The notes beneath the pieces are model-generated. The model searched no databases, was not told the origin of the DNA, and worked only from the letters and a program-made list of their open reading frames with translations. This document shows, piece after piece, positions 46,257-56,650 of a DNA stretch of 64,000 nt (its first letter is position 1; every line of letters begins with the position of its first letter). The stretch comes from a virus, in IMG/VR virus record IMGVR_UViG_3300020601_000007, positions 1-64,000 of that record; one strand, 5' to 3'. A program made the translations under genes and the position numbers.

Positions 46257-46330
46257 CGCCCCTGCCCGGATTTGAACCGGGGTTATCGGCTCCGCAAGCC
46301 GATGTGATGTCCAAACTACACTACAAGGGC
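46257..46330 (-). tRNA. tRNA-Arg(GCG)
   Basis: Cloverleaf: acceptor GCCCTTG/CAGGGGC, anticodon arm TCGGC-TTGCGGA-GCCGA, T arm CCCGG-TTCAAAT-CCGGG; no encoded CCA; TTTAT box about 28-32 nt upstream. Confidence 0.92.
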
Positions 46331-46365
46331 AACGGACGTTGCTCATACGGCTCGGCCATAAAGGT

Positions 46366-46584
46366 TCACTTGTGAAAATTGCAGCGCCCACCAAAACGGA
46401 CACGACCGACCTGACGACACGGTTTCCCCTGAGAATTGATAGCGCCACAGCGGTATCGTTCAGGTGGGTTCCGATGGCAATTGTAGCACAGGAGAGGCTC
46501 TTCCTTGTCCTTCCTCTTGTTCACGGAGGACGCTGACACACCCTCACCACAAGCCACACAATGGTTCGCATGAATACGGTGCAT
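46366..46584 (-). CDS. double zinc-finger protein (DUF5763-like finger)
   Basis: CVAC...CYNC...RCGAINSQGKPC...CNFH. Confidence 0.55.
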   Translation of the reverse strand: MHRIHANHCVACGEGVSASSVNKRKDKEEPLLCYNCHRNPPERYRCGAINSQGKPCRQVGRVRFGGRCNFHK

Positions 46585-46979
46585 GCAACCTTCGCTTGAA
46601 GCAACGGACTTAACCTTCACGGGTGGTTCGGACAGAACGTATATATGCGAGATACCTGCGAGCGCATACACATGAACCAAGAGTGGGCATACGGGGTCCT
46701 GATAATTGGCCTTTGCATGGCTTGGATGTGGTGGTTGAGCACGAAACTCGAACCTCATAGTGAGCATCCTATTACCCCCGAACCGTGGTCAATTCACCCG
46801 AAAAAGGAGCGTGAAGAAGAATGATGGGGATGAAATTTCGGATTGAATGCTACAATCAGGGGCTTGATGACTGGATTCTGTATGCTTTTGCCAAGACCGA
46901 AAATGACGCCCGCCAGAAAATGTCGATGGCCATTTTGAAAACACAACACACGGCTGTCCGTATGACGGAGGTGGCCTGA

Positions 46980-47207
46980 ATGCCCTCCATACCATGTGGT
47001 TCCTGCGGTAAATACATCACAGTGAAGCCTCGCAGTGTGCTTGAACATCGCCCTAACCTATGCAGTGCCTGCTACCGCCCTCAACTTGAGTCCGGGCATT
47101 TCCGGTGCAAGGCAACAAATCGGCACGGAAAGCGCTGTTCACTTCCGACCAAGCCCGGGCACGAGACATGCACGGTCCACCTTGGAGCGATGGAGGTGAG
47201 GGTTTGA
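46980..47207 (+). CDS. double zinc-finger protein, paralog of 46366..46584
   Basis: CGSC...CSAC...RCKATNRHGKRC...CTVH; GGAGGT RBS. Confidence 0.65.
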   Translation: MPSIPCGSCGKYITVKPRSVLEHRPNLCSACYRPQLESGHFRCKATNRHGKRCSLPTKPGHETCTVHLGAMEVRV

Positions 47208-47637
47208 CATATATCGAACCACCAAAGAAGCATTCTCACCACCCCTGCTGGTATTGTGGTGGACGAGTCATTTGGTCGTGCGACTACGACCCAGAAGGTC
47301 TGGGCTACGATGAAGGAACAGAAGGGATTGTTTCGCACCTGCACTGCATGGACTGTAATGCGTTCATCGAATACCGACGAATTCAAGGGGAGCAATACGA
47401 CGAGGATGATGCCTGATGCCACTTTCCCGTAAGAGCGAGTTCTTTTGTGGCCGTATTCTTGCTGTTCTTGAGCACCATCGGGGTCAGTGGATGACCTCAA
47501 AACAGGTTGCTGAAAGTCTTCCCGATGAAACAGTGTATGCTTGGAACAGCAGCACGGTAGCCATGCTGCTTGGCATCATGGGCAGGAAAGGGCAGATTGA
47601 GGTCCAAACGACGTCACCAAAAAAATACAGGGTGTAA
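47204..47637 (+). other. two small ORFs: zinc ribbon (47204-47416) and winged-helix-like (47416-47637)
   Basis: CWYC...CMDC; WMTSKQVAE; coupled starts. Confidence 0.55.
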
Positions 47638-47639
47638 GC

Positions 47640-48242
47640 ATGGGCCTTTACGTCTTCAAATCAAGTCATGCAGACTACATCAAAGTGGGGTTCACCTCTT
47701 GGGATAACCCGTGGTATCGTGTGAACGGCTCCGCTGGCGTTCCTTTGGGTTTCAGCAGCGTCCGACACCCCGAGAGCCTCAAGGGGCGCGTTGGTCCGAG
47801 CGACCTCGAACTGTTAGGTTGGTGGCCTGAATGCACGCATGAGCAGGAGAATGCGATACACACACTGTTGCGGCGCATCAGCGTTGTCGGCGAATGGTAT
47901 GCGCTGGAGGAACTACCGCTCTTCTTTTCGTTAATGAAGGCCTCCTGTGGCTCCTCAAAGCATGAGTCGGTGAGGACGCCCGAGAAGCCCCTCAAGTCCG
48001 AGGAAGTGGCCCCTGAGCCCCCAAAGAACCCAACGCCAAGGAGTGGGCAAAGGTGGAGCCCAGAAGAGGACCAGAAACTGCGGAGCCGTGTTGGGCAGCA
48101 GTGGAAAGAAGTGAGCCCTGTTGATTTTGTCAAGCAGAATCATGAGTGGTTTGGCCGCTCAAAAACCGCACTGATGGCTCGGCTCAAAAAACTCGGAAAG
48201 GTCGTGTGGGAAGAAAATAAGGCCAATTGGAAGGTGTCATAA
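47640..48242 (+). CDS. GIY-YIG/T5orf172-like nuclease domain fused to a Myb-like motif
   Basis: GLYVF...YIKVGFT...GEWY; RWSPEEDQKL. Confidence 0.65.
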   Translation: MGLYVFKSSHADYIKVGFTSWDNPWYRVNGSAGVPLGFSSVRHPESLKGRVGPSDLELLGWWPECTHEQENAIHTLLRRISVVGEWYALEELPLFFSLMKASCGSSKHESVRTPEKPLKSEEVAPEPPKNPTPRSGQRWSPEEDQKLRSRVGQQWKEVSPVDFVKQNHEWFGRSKTALMARLKKLGKVVWEENKANWKVS

Positions 48243-48247
48243 CCTTC

Positions 48248-49706
48248 ATGTCCAATGGGGTGCTTGCATTGACCATGGAGGAGGATTGGGATGATGAGAC
48301 TCCCGCTTGGACGGTATCCGAAGAACCCGAATACAACCCAGTCCAAGCCCTCAAGGATTTAACACCCCTTGCTGAGTTCCTGATGTCCAGTGCGAGTTCA
48401 CTTTCCTTCAAGGGCGTGCGCACGGGCGTGGAATTCGATGGGGAGTTCCTCTTCGAGACCATTGAATTGAAAGACTTCAAACAGGCTTACATCAAAATGT
48501 GTTACCACAAAGGAGACCTCGTTTCTGTCGCCGTTTGCCACAAGGACTACGATGCCCCACAAATCATTCTGCCAGCGCCGGATGTCTTCGTTGAAGGCTG
48601 AACAAACGAAACCACAGGAATGGTTAAAGGGCGTATCCCCTTGGTTTGGAATCCCGGTGATACAATGGCAACAGGAGTCGAAGAATATCTGGCTGAAATG
48701 GGAATGACAAAGGCGATGCTTGAGGTCCTTGACCCAACGCTGAGCAACACACGACAGGTGTCGCTGAAGACATTTGGCATGGTTGAAGACCAGAAACAAA
48801 CCACACTCCTGAATCTCCCCGTGAAGACCGCTTGATTTAATTCCACGACGTGGAAAGAGCAACACATGGGACGAAAAAAGCGCGGTGACCTGAGAAGCAG
48901 GGAACTCTCCTTGCATCTGCGAATCCAAACCAAAAAGGACCTCATCAGCAGGCTTCTGGAACAGTTCGCTGACCTCAAAGAAAAAATTTCTGAGGAAAAG
49001 GCCGACCTGCGCTCAATGCTCGAGGAGCATCGGGACATACGAAACGAATTGAAAGAACAAGAGGGATACCAATGGTAAATACGAAAGTGACAGAAGGAGA
49101 AAGGGCAGATGCTGAATGGTGGCTCGGGTATTGGAAGAACGTTGCATCGTGGCTCGTTCATCAACTTGAGGACGAAGTGAAGCACGAAGGGTCAATCGCA
49201 GCGACCATCCCTATCATCAAGCGAGAACTGGCTGGTCAATATGGGAATCAGTGATGTTCTGAAGGATTTTGGAGACAGCGTTGTCTCCGGTGCAGCAGAA
49301 ACGATACGCACAGAAGGGAAGGACTTCACTGTCCGAGTCAACCTCGACATCCCTGTGGATGACAAGGCGATTATCGCCCTTGCATTCAGCCAAATCAAGG
49401 AGCAAGCAAAAGAGGCAGCGGAGAAAATAGACCGGCGCTGGAAAATCACACAGGCCATGTTCGGTGTGGCCATCGTCCTTCAGTTCGCAGCCACCATCCT
49501 AAACGTTTAAGACCACGTTGCAGAAGGGACGGTTCATGAAATACGTGGTGATTGACAAAAGTGACATGGACGCCGTCAGGGTCCTTTTCATTGGGAACGA
49601 CAAGGCAGAAGTGCAAGGGTGGCTCGGTGGCTACAAGAAAATGACCGATGCTGCTGGACTTTGGAACGCAGGGGACATCGTGGTGGCTCCCTATGACGAC
49701 GAATGA
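48248..49706 (+). other. cluster of six small hypothetical ORFs (48248-48601, 48620-48835, 48866-49078, 49072-49254, 49241-49510, 49536-49706)
   Basis: Tiled ORFs; TTTAA boxes before 48866 and 49536. Confidence 0.55.
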
Positions 49707-50598
49707 GAGCATTCGCTCAAACGGGAAGCGGTGGCAAAACAACCACATCTCACCGAGCAAACTGAATGTTTGGCTCAAGTGTCCTGCTGCCTTCTGGTTC
49801 CACTACATCAAGCGTCTACCCCGTAAGAACAAGGTGTTCTTCCCGCAGGGAACGGCTGTTCACTTTGGTGTTGAACTCCTCAATAAAGACCTCAACATGG
49901 GGAAGACCCCGGACTACGACTATTACGTCCTGAAAATGGAGGAGGTTTGGAATGAGGAAATCGAACGTGGAGGAGAACTCTTCGACTCAAAGGACAACGA
50001 AATCGCTCCCAGCCGATATTCCTACCACTTCAACGAGGTGGAGCGCTGGTTCAAAATTTATTTTGATGCTGCCGAGCGAGGCGCTGTCCCAGACTTTGAC
50101 CCCACCTCAGTCATTGAGACAGAACTGGACGTGATGCGCCGTGTCATCCACCCTGTCCATGGTGACCTCGGTGTGTTCATTCGTGGCAAAATTGACTGGG
50201 TCATCGACCTCGACAGCGACGTAGCGCGCCTTGCTGACCTGAAAACAGCCTCGACCCATTGGATGGGTCAGTGGAGCGAAACCAAGGCGAGTTCACAACT
50301 CCAAGCAACCGCATACGGCTACGCCGTGGGCAAGGACCTCGACTTTTCCTACATGGTCATCCCAAAGGCATCAGCAAAGGATGCACCCTCGACAAGGCTG
50401 GAGCACTACCGCACGAAGCGAGGTGCTACCCAATACGCAAAATTGGAAGACCTCATCTACAACTTCGTTCAGCAAACGGACGTTTTGAACAACTACGAAG
50501 GGTTTGTCCCGTATCCGAACCCTGACCCGAGCAAATACAAGCACTGCAACAAACTGTGCGACTACAAGGCCGCCTGTCAGAAGGAATTCTTTGAGTGA
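49693..50598 (+). CDS. PD-(D/E)XK nuclease, Cas4/RecB/AddB-like, with four Cys
   Basis: ISPSKL..W.KCP, GKIDWV, DLKT, QATAY, CNKLCDY..C. Confidence 0.85.
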   Translation: MTTNESIRSNGKRWQNNHISPSKLNVWLKCPAAFWFHYIKRLPRKNKVFFPQGTAVHFGVELLNKDLNMGKTPDYDYYVLKMEEVWNEEIERGGELFDSKDNEIAPSRYSYHFNEVERWFKIYFDAAERGAVPDFDPTSVIETELDVMRRVIHPVHGDLGVFIRGKIDWVIDLDSDVARLADLKTASTHWMGQWSETKASSQLQATAYGYAVGKDLDFSYMVIPKASAKDAPSTRLEHYRTKRGATQYAKLEDLIYNFVQQTDVLNNYEGFVPYPNPDPSKYKHCNKLCDYKAACQKEFFE

Positions 50599-50603
50599 TA
50601 TGA

Positions 50604-50840
50604 ATGCTGTTTTGGGATGAGTGGCTCGGCTTTGACTGGATGGCATTCCGCCAGTTCCTGTTCAGTGTTGGTTGCCTCAGCCTGATGATTTCCCTTATCG
50701 CTACAACCGAGGGACATGCGTGGTGGCAGCCATACGCTTCTGTCTGGGGCTTCTTTGCCTCAAACGCTACAATCTCCATCATCGGGGCCATGTTTGCCAT
50801 GACAGCGCTCTTTTGGTTTTGGAGGTTCAAGGTGGTTTGA
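50604..50840 (+). CDS. two-TM membrane protein
   Basis: Hydrophobic segments. Confidence 0.5.
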   Translation: MLFWDEWLGFDWMAFRQFLFSVGCLSLMISLIATTEGHAWWQPYASVWGFFASNATISIIGAMFAMTALFWFWRFKVV

Positions 50841-51448
50841 TGAAAGCGATATATCTGCATAACACCAACAAGTCGACACCGATTGACTTCTTCCTACCTA
50901 TCGCACAGGAGTATGCGTTGAAACTTGGCTGGACGAAACCAGTGGTTTTTTCTGACGGATGGGACGAGCCAGAGGACTGGAACATGATGGTGGAATACGC
51001 CACGCACAAAACGAACCGCCTGACGGATGTCATTTTGATAAATTTGAGCCGCTGGCATGGGCGACTTGAGCAAGCAAAAGAGGAACTCACGCACTTGGAA
51101 AATCATGGAATTGTGGTGCACGTGGTTCAGACCAGTCACTTTTTGCCCAAAATACACGACAAACGGACGTTGGAGAGGGCTTTTGACATTATTTCGAGTT
51201 GGACCTATTTCACGGACGTTATGTCGCTCAAAACACGGGAGGGCATGAGGCACCGAAAAGGCGGTCGCCTCCCCTACGGGCTCACGCGAGAGAACGGAAG
51301 CGTGGTCCAACACCCAGAACACTATCCAATCGTCGAGCGAGTGATGGGCATGTATGAAAGAGAAGTCGCTGTCCCTGAGATAGCACGGGACATGAACATC
51401 TCACAGTCAAAGGTCCGCTCAATCATCCGGGCTTGGAAAGACCGTTAA
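50840..51448 (+). CDS. degenerate serine-recombinase-like protein with C-terminal HTH
   Basis: Resolvase layout and GGRLPYG retained; YxRVS and DRLxR lost. Confidence 0.55.
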   Translation: MKAIYLHNTNKSTPIDFFLPIAQEYALKLGWTKPVVFSDGWDEPEDWNMMVEYATHKTNRLTDVILINLSRWHGRLEQAKEELTHLENHGIVVHVVQTSHFLPKIHDKRTLERAFDIISSWTYFTDVMSLKTREGMRHRKGGRLPYGLTRENGSVVQHPEHYPIVERVMGMYEREVAVPEIARDMNISQSKVRSIIRAWKDR

Positions 51449-52560
51449 GCGAAAATGTCCAGTGGATTATTGCCACGGCCACGACGGGTGCCACGCTGCT
51501 TTGTGAAATATCGCATGGCCAACAAATAGGCGACCACAGCAGCCGGGATGGCATAAGTCCCGGTCGTGCGCACGGCTGAACCGACGATGCTCCGTGGGGC
51601 TGGTTCAGACACGCCGAGTTCGCCCATCAATTTACTGCGCTGAGCATGAAGTGCGCTGATTCCTTTTCGGACGTTAATGGCCATGTTGCGAAGTCCCTGT
51701 GAATTGCTGTCACCATTGAGAAGAACAGATTTTTGGTTGTAATCAGTCTGCAACACAGTCACCAACAGAGAGAGGCCACCAATCGCACCGGGTTCCAGTG
51801 CCTCGGGCTTGGTTTTCTGCAAGTGTCGAGCGTAGTTGAGATTCTTCCTCGCAGCATCAAGTTCCTGCTTCTTTGCGATGAGTATTTCCTCCTGCTCCTT
51901 GATTTGCTCGTTGATGACTACCAAGGATTTGTCCAATTTCGTGATGCCGTCCTGAACTTCGGCTAATTGCTTGGTTTTGGTAAAGGTCTCCCTGTCTGCT
52001 TGGTCGAGGTTATCGGGGATGTGGGAAACCATCATTGTGGATTCCTCGAATGGACGTGCGCTCCTACCGTATCTCGTCTTGAACCTGCTTTTGTATTCTG
52101 CGTGGACCTTGGCCTTGGAAGCCTTGGGACCAAGGTCCTTTTCAACCTGCAAATACAGTTCCGTGCCTTTGATTTCCCCTGTGTTCGTAGGGGTGGCATC
52201 TGATTCCCAGTCCCTCACTGAAAGAGACCAATCGTCATCCAGACCGTCCCCACCCTTAACGATGGTCGGGTCATCAAACACGCTGGATGTTCGTGTCATG
52301 AACTGGTTGGAGATGTCCACATCATTTGCGATATTGCGCGCTGTTTCGTATTGCAGGCGTCGTGCCCTGTCGTTTCCAAAGTCGATTGCACCCATGGCGT
52401 TGAATCGGGCCTTCTTGATGCTCTCGTTTGCCATCTGGCGAACATAAGTGGGTGGCCCACTGATTGCTGAGATTTGGTTTCGGATGGCTCGCTGTCGGTT
52501 CCGAGCCTTGTGAACGTGAGCCAATTGTGCATTGAATTCTGCTCGCTTCATTCGTTCCAC
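51445..52560 (-). CDS. coiled-coil protein with C-terminal membrane anchor
   Basis: 371 aa; C-terminal hydrophobic helix and basic tail. Confidence 0.7.
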   Translation of the reverse strand: MERMKRAEFNAQLAHVHKARNRQRAIRNQISAISGPPTYVRQMANESIKKARFNAMGAIDFGNDRARRLQYETARNIANDVDISNQFMTRTSSVFDDPTIVKGGDGLDDDWSLSVRDWESDATPTNTGEIKGTELYLQVEKDLGPKASKAKVHAEYKSRFKTRYGRSARPFEESTMMVSHIPDNLDQADRETFTKTKQLAEVQDGITKLDKSLVVINEQIKEQEEILIAKKQELDAARKNLNYARHLQKTKPEALEPGAIGGLSLLVTVLQTDYNQKSVLLNGDSNSQGLRNMAINVRKGISALHAQRSKLMGELGVSEPAPRSIVGSAVRTTGTYAIPAAVVAYLLAMRYFTKQRGTRRGRGNNPLDIFA

Positions 52561-52868
52561 TTCCTTGTCAGGTATGAAAGCAACATCATGCCTCCAGCAG
52601 TGCCCAAATACGACATGCTGAACAGCGCTCTGAAACTGTTGTCTCCCAGTGCTTTTCCAACGGCGAAGCCTAAAACACCTGTTCCTACGCCGAATGAAGC
52701 GTAGTGCGTGACTTTTCCGACCTTTTTGAGTGCTGGGGACACGCCACTGAGAGCGTTAGCGAGTTGTGCTGCTTGGTGGACGTTTCCCATCATTCCTTCA
52801 CTCTCCGGCATTTTGTATGTTGATGATTTGACTGTGTGTGCTTTGACCTTTGACATGTCCCGGCTCAT
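52548..52868 (-). CDS. small membrane protein
   Basis: Two hydrophobic Gly-rich helices. Confidence 0.6.
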   Translation of the reverse strand: MSRDMSKVKAHTVKSSTYKMPESEGMMGNVHQAAQLANALSGVSPALKKVGKVTHYASFGVGTGVLGFAVGKALGDNSFRALFSMSYLGTAGGMMLLSYLTRKWNE

Positions 52869-53152
52869 GCATTCAGCACCCCAAGCGTGATGATATACAA
52901 CCCGGCAACTGTTGTAGCACCCTTTGCTGTTGCGACTTTACGGAACTTGAGCGTCCTCTTGAGTTCCTTGACAACATTTTCTGCCCCGGGGAAACCAAGG
53001 CCAGCGTAGACCAAGGTTGCTCCAAGAAGTAATTTCTGTTGGCGGGGAGAACGGATGTTGATGATGGGGAGGTCAACGAATCCGAGACCGTTGTTTCCCA
53101 TCGAACCGAACGCTCGTGCCCGTTCAAATTGGACGTTGCGTGCGCTGCTCAT
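52865..53152 (-). CDS. small membrane protein
   Basis: Two hydrophobic helices; GLG motif. Confidence 0.6.
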   Translation of the reverse strand: MSSARNVQFERARAFGSMGNNGLGFVDLPIINIRSPRQQKLLLGATLVYAGLGFPGAENVVKELKRTLKFRKVATAKGATTVAGLYIITLGVLNA

Positions 53153-53171
53153 GGTCCTCGCATGCCATCCA

Positions 53172-53624
53172 TCAAATTAACCGTTTCGTTGACAAGTCGA
53201 ATACTGGCATGGGCATCTCGGTCAGTGCGTATTGAAATATTGCTTCACCTCTGCGGGTATTCAGATTCCAGCGAAGGTAAGAATATTCAGCAAAGAAGGC
53301 GCTGCCGTCCTCGTAATAGGTGCCGTATTTGTATGCCCTTGCCATGCGTTCGAGGGCTTGACGGTGTAATATTTTGTCCGCACCAGAAAAATATGGGAGT
53401 GCCATGGCGCGCTGAACGAACGTGTCGATGTCAGTCACGTCCGAATATTCGCTTGTGACGCCCTCGTCCCTCCACAATGTTGGTGGGTGCGGGACTTCAC
53501 TACGGCGCCCATAGCGACCCGTTTGGTATTGGATGGTCGGTATCGCCGCAGCGACATTCCGTGTCTGGGAAACGAACAGCAAAGCAACCGCAAGGATGAG
53601 CACCGTGCGCCTGCTTGACATCAA
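53172..53624 (-). CDS. membrane-anchored protein, paralog of 53626..53988
   Basis: N-terminal TM; YQTGRYG...IDTFVQRAM...ALE. Confidence 0.65.
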   Translation of the reverse strand: MMSSRRTVLILAVALLFVSQTRNVAAAIPTIQYQTGRYGRRSEVPHPPTLWRDEGVTSEYSDVTDIDTFVQRAMALPYFSGADKILHRQALERMARAYKYGTYYEDGSAFFAEYSYLRWNLNTRRGEAIFQYALTEMPMPVFDLSTKRLI

Positions 53625-53625
53625 A

Positions 53626-53988
53626 TCACGCCTTTGGGATTGGCCATGTCAAGTCGACTTTACGGTTGTAATACACTGCTTCGTTGATGGCATTCTCCAA
53701 AGCATCTCCGTTTGCGAACGTGTATCCGTATTGGTAATTCAACATCGCCCGGTCAACGTATTCACGGATGGAGGAAGAGGAAGCCGTGTATTGGGGCCAG
53801 CGCTGCGTGAGGTATCGGTAGGTCGAAAGGCTCATCTCGGTGCCATACCCGGGCCATATTTCAGTGGAAAAAGAAATACGGTCTCGCTCACCGTATTGCC
53901 CGGGAACGTATTTCGGTCCAAAAACGGTGTTTGCGACACCAATCAGTGCTGCTGCGATGACGATATTCCGAATGCTCAGGAGTTTCAT
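53626..53988 (-). CDS. membrane-anchored protein, paralog of 53172..53624
   Basis: N-terminal TM; YVPGQYG...IREYVDRAM...ALE. Confidence 0.65.
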   Translation of the reverse strand: MKLLSIRNIVIAAALIGVANTVFGPKYVPGQYGERDRISFSTEIWPGYGTEMSLSTYRYLTQRWPQYTASSSSIREYVDRAMLNYQYGYTFANGDALENAINEAVYYNRKVDLTWPIPKA

Positions 53989-54026
53989 GTCAGGCCGCCC
54001 TGACACCTTGGAGGTAGGCAGTCAAA

Positions 54027-54767
54027 TTAAGCGTTTTGTCCCATGTGCCCAAAGCGTCCGGCTTGAGGGTTCCCCGGTTGCTGTGGCATCATACCGGGCT
54101 GCATTTGGTTCTGCGCAGGGGGGAGGCCGAGGGTTCCACGGATGAGAGAAGAGCCGAAACCACCCAACGCTGCACCCATCCCCGCCCGTTGTGGCTGCAT
54201 CATCTGTTGCTGTTGCATCATCTGCTGTTGCATCATTTGTTGCTGCATCTGCTGCTGCATCATGTTCTGTTGGTGTCCACCCATCAACTGCATGGCTTGC
54301 ATGTCTGCCTGAGAGACAGCCATCTGCATTTCTTGGGTTGGGACGACCTTTGACACCTGCATGTCGATGTTCTCCTGCGTGATGGAGGAATATTCCGTTG
54401 CTGCTTCAGCGTTCACGGTGAGTGCCCCACCTCGCTCGCTTGATGAGACAATGGCTCCGCTCTTGAAGAGAGAATACATTTCCTTCCGCACAACAAGGGC
54501 GATGAGGTTAGCGAATTCCGTCATGAAATTGGGGTATGAGAGGAAGAAAAGGGCAACTTGATTCGGATGTGCTGCCATCAAGTGGTAAAACAGCGCCACT
54601 TGGTCCTCGTTGTTCATTCCGTTGGTCATGCTGTCGACCTGACTCATCGCAGCCTGTCCGGCCATAGCCGTCAAACCTGATTGATTGGCAGCAGCCGCAA
54701 CTTGTCCGAGGCCATTCGGCATCAGAGATTGTGAGTTATTCGAGTTTCCAAAGAGTCCCATTTTCAT
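54027..54767 (-). CDS. Gln/Met-rich low-complexity protein
   Basis: MMQQQ repeats; AGGAG RBS. Confidence 0.7.
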   Translation of the reverse strand: MKMGLFGNSNNSQSLMPNGLGQVAAAANQSGLTAMAGQAAMSQVDSMTNGMNNEDQVALFYHLMAAHPNQVALFFLSYPNFMTEFANLIALVVRKEMYSLFKSGAIVSSSERGGALTVNAEAATEYSSITQENIDMQVSKVVPTQEMQMAVSQADMQAMQLMGGHQQNMMQQQMQQQMMQQQMMQQQQMMQPQRAGMGAALGGFGSSLIRGTLGLPPAQNQMQPGMMPQQPGNPQAGRFGHMGQNA

Positions 54768-54810
54768 TCGCTCCTACCTAACGCACGTATGTCATGGACT
54801 TGAACATTCC

Positions 54811-55587
54811 TCATTGATATGCCTCCCTCATCGCTGTGTCAAAGGCAGCGTCAAACATCTGCTCTTGGCTTTGTTCTTGCTCCATGTATTCATTGATGGT
54901 TTCCGCATGGCCGTAGGGACGTCCGTCTGTCCCGACGCCATTGATGTAGTCGTAATCGAAAATCAACATCGAAATGCGGTTTCGCCCGACCGAGTCTGGG
55001 ACACGCACGATGGGAATCCCATCCTTCTCGGCTTCAATGAAGGCTTCTCCCCACTTGGAGGCAAGGGGTGTTTGCGGCTTTTCTGCGGGTTTCTTGATGG
55101 GGATGAACGAAACCCCCTTCTTCCTCATCTGACGGAAAAAGCCGCGCTCGTTTTCCCTTTCTTCTTGCTCCATCCACTCACTGAGCAATTTGAACAACTG
55201 AAGTGCTTGTGGGCAATACGTTCCCGACATTGGTCGTCCACGCCCCGGGATGACACCGGTCCATGGTGTGAACTGGATTGTTCGGCCACGGTCGTCGAGA
55301 AGGTATTCTCGCTTAAGGTCCCCGTAGTCTTGATTGCGACAATCCACCCCAGTGACGACGCACTGGTATGGTTTGTTGTGCTTGTAGCCGAAGAACCCAA
55401 TGGTTCGCTTCACTGGCTTCAGCGTCTTGACAGCGCGCTTGATGTTTTTCTTTCGCGCACGCACGGGGTCGGCGTGTCGGCTAAACTCAAAGTCGATGAC
55501 AGGCGTCACCGCATCCCAGTCCATGTTTCGGTTCTGTGGCAAGGTGCCAAACAGTTCTTTCATTCGTTCCTCTTGGTAGTTGTTCAT
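54811..55587 (-). CDS. hypothetical protein
   Basis: 258 aa; ATGA-coupled to the GTPase. Confidence 0.7.
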   Translation of the reverse strand: MNNYQEERMKELFGTLPQNRNMDWDAVTPVIDFEFSRHADPVRARKKNIKRAVKTLKPVKRTIGFFGYKHNKPYQCVVTGVDCRNQDYGDLKREYLLDDRGRTIQFTPWTGVIPGRGRPMSGTYCPQALQLFKLLSEWMEQEERENERGFFRQMRKKGVSFIPIKKPAEKPQTPLASKWGEAFIEAEKDGIPIVRVPDSVGRNRISMLIFDYDYINGVGTDGRPYGHAETINEYMEQEQSQEQMFDAAFDTAMREAYQ

Positions 55588-56318
55588 AGGTCACTCATCC
55601 CTTTCATTATCGCGTCTTCCACGTTCCAGCCAACCATGGCCGATACAGCGTCCACCCTTGCCGGGATGCGCATTTCTTGGAGTTGGTAAAGGTGTTCCTT
55701 GAAAGGAGCGAAAATCGGGTGTTCTGAAATCAAACCCCGCTCCCATTGAGAATAACCCTGTTCATCCATCCATTCGTCAGCCTTGTTTGCGAGAATAATG
55801 ATGCGTGAAGGACGCCACTTTCGCGCCTTGAAGCGCCGAATGAGACCGATTCCCCGTGGTTTCTTTCCTGTCATGAGGGACTCCACGATGTATCCGAGAG
55901 CCAATTGATTCGATGTGTCGTCTGGATTGAGGAGATGACGGTGGTCAATCATGATGATGAGCGTTTTGATTCGACGCTGATACATGTCTCGCAACCACAT
56001 GGGGAAATATTCCTTGTGCCCACCAATGTCCCTTGAAACGACCGTTTTGTGGAGGCCATCTGAACGGACCCTGTGGATTTGCTTTGTCGGCATTTTGTGG
56101 TTTCTGGTCAGCCAAGAGCGCCGGTGATGCGTCCTCTCATTTTCCCCCAACGGGCGAACCTTTCCTTCTGTCATCAATTGGCGGTCGAGGGTTGACTTCC
56201 CCGTCTCGCTGAAACCATACACACCAATGTTGTGCGTGACGTATGTCCCTGCCTTGTCAAAAAACCGCCAGAAACCGTGAGCAACAACAATTGCGCTGGT
56301 TGAGATGGGGTCGACCAA
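55584..56318 (-). CDS. small Ras/Arf-like P-loop GTPase
   Basis: G1 GFSETGKS, G3 DIGG, G4 NKAD, G5 VSA. Confidence 0.8.
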   Translation of the reverse strand: MVDPISTSAIVVAHGFWRFFDKAGTYVTHNIGVYGFSETGKSTLDRQLMTEGKVRPLGENERTHHRRSWLTRNHKMPTKQIHRVRSDGLHKTVVSRDIGGHKEYFPMWLRDMYQRRIKTLIIMIDHRHLLNPDDTSNQLALGYIVESLMTGKKPRGIGLIRRFKARKWRPSRIIILANKADEWMDEQGYSQWERGLISEHPIFAPFKEHLYQLQEMRIPARVDAVSAMVGWNVEDAIMKGMSDL

Positions 56319-56322
56319 TCAA

Positions 56323-56541
56323 TCACCCCAGAATCCATCCGATGATACCAGCGTGACCCGATGCCTTGTAGATGGCGTAGTCGGTGACCGCTGTCACGAC
56401 CACGCCAGTGCCTGTGAGAATCAGGGACCAGAAGGCGTATTTGATGCGCAGGTATCGCATCGCCCATGTTGTCCCCAAGTGCGTGTTTTTCATCAGGGAT
56501 TCCACTTGAGCGTCCTGACTGTCGTTGAAAATGATGCCCAT
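56323..56541 (-). CDS. small membrane protein
   Basis: One TM helix. Confidence 0.6.
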   Translation of the reverse strand: MGIIFNDSQDAQVESLMKNTHLGTTWAMRYLRIKYAFWSLILTGTGVVVTAVTDYAIYKASGHAGIIGWILG

Positions 56542-56650
56542 TTCACTCTCCCCTGCTGTTCATTCCACAATCATCGGTGTTGATAACACCGTTGGTCTCC
56601 ACGGACCATGCGCTTGCATGTGCCCCCAGAGGCCGTTGGTGCACCGCATC

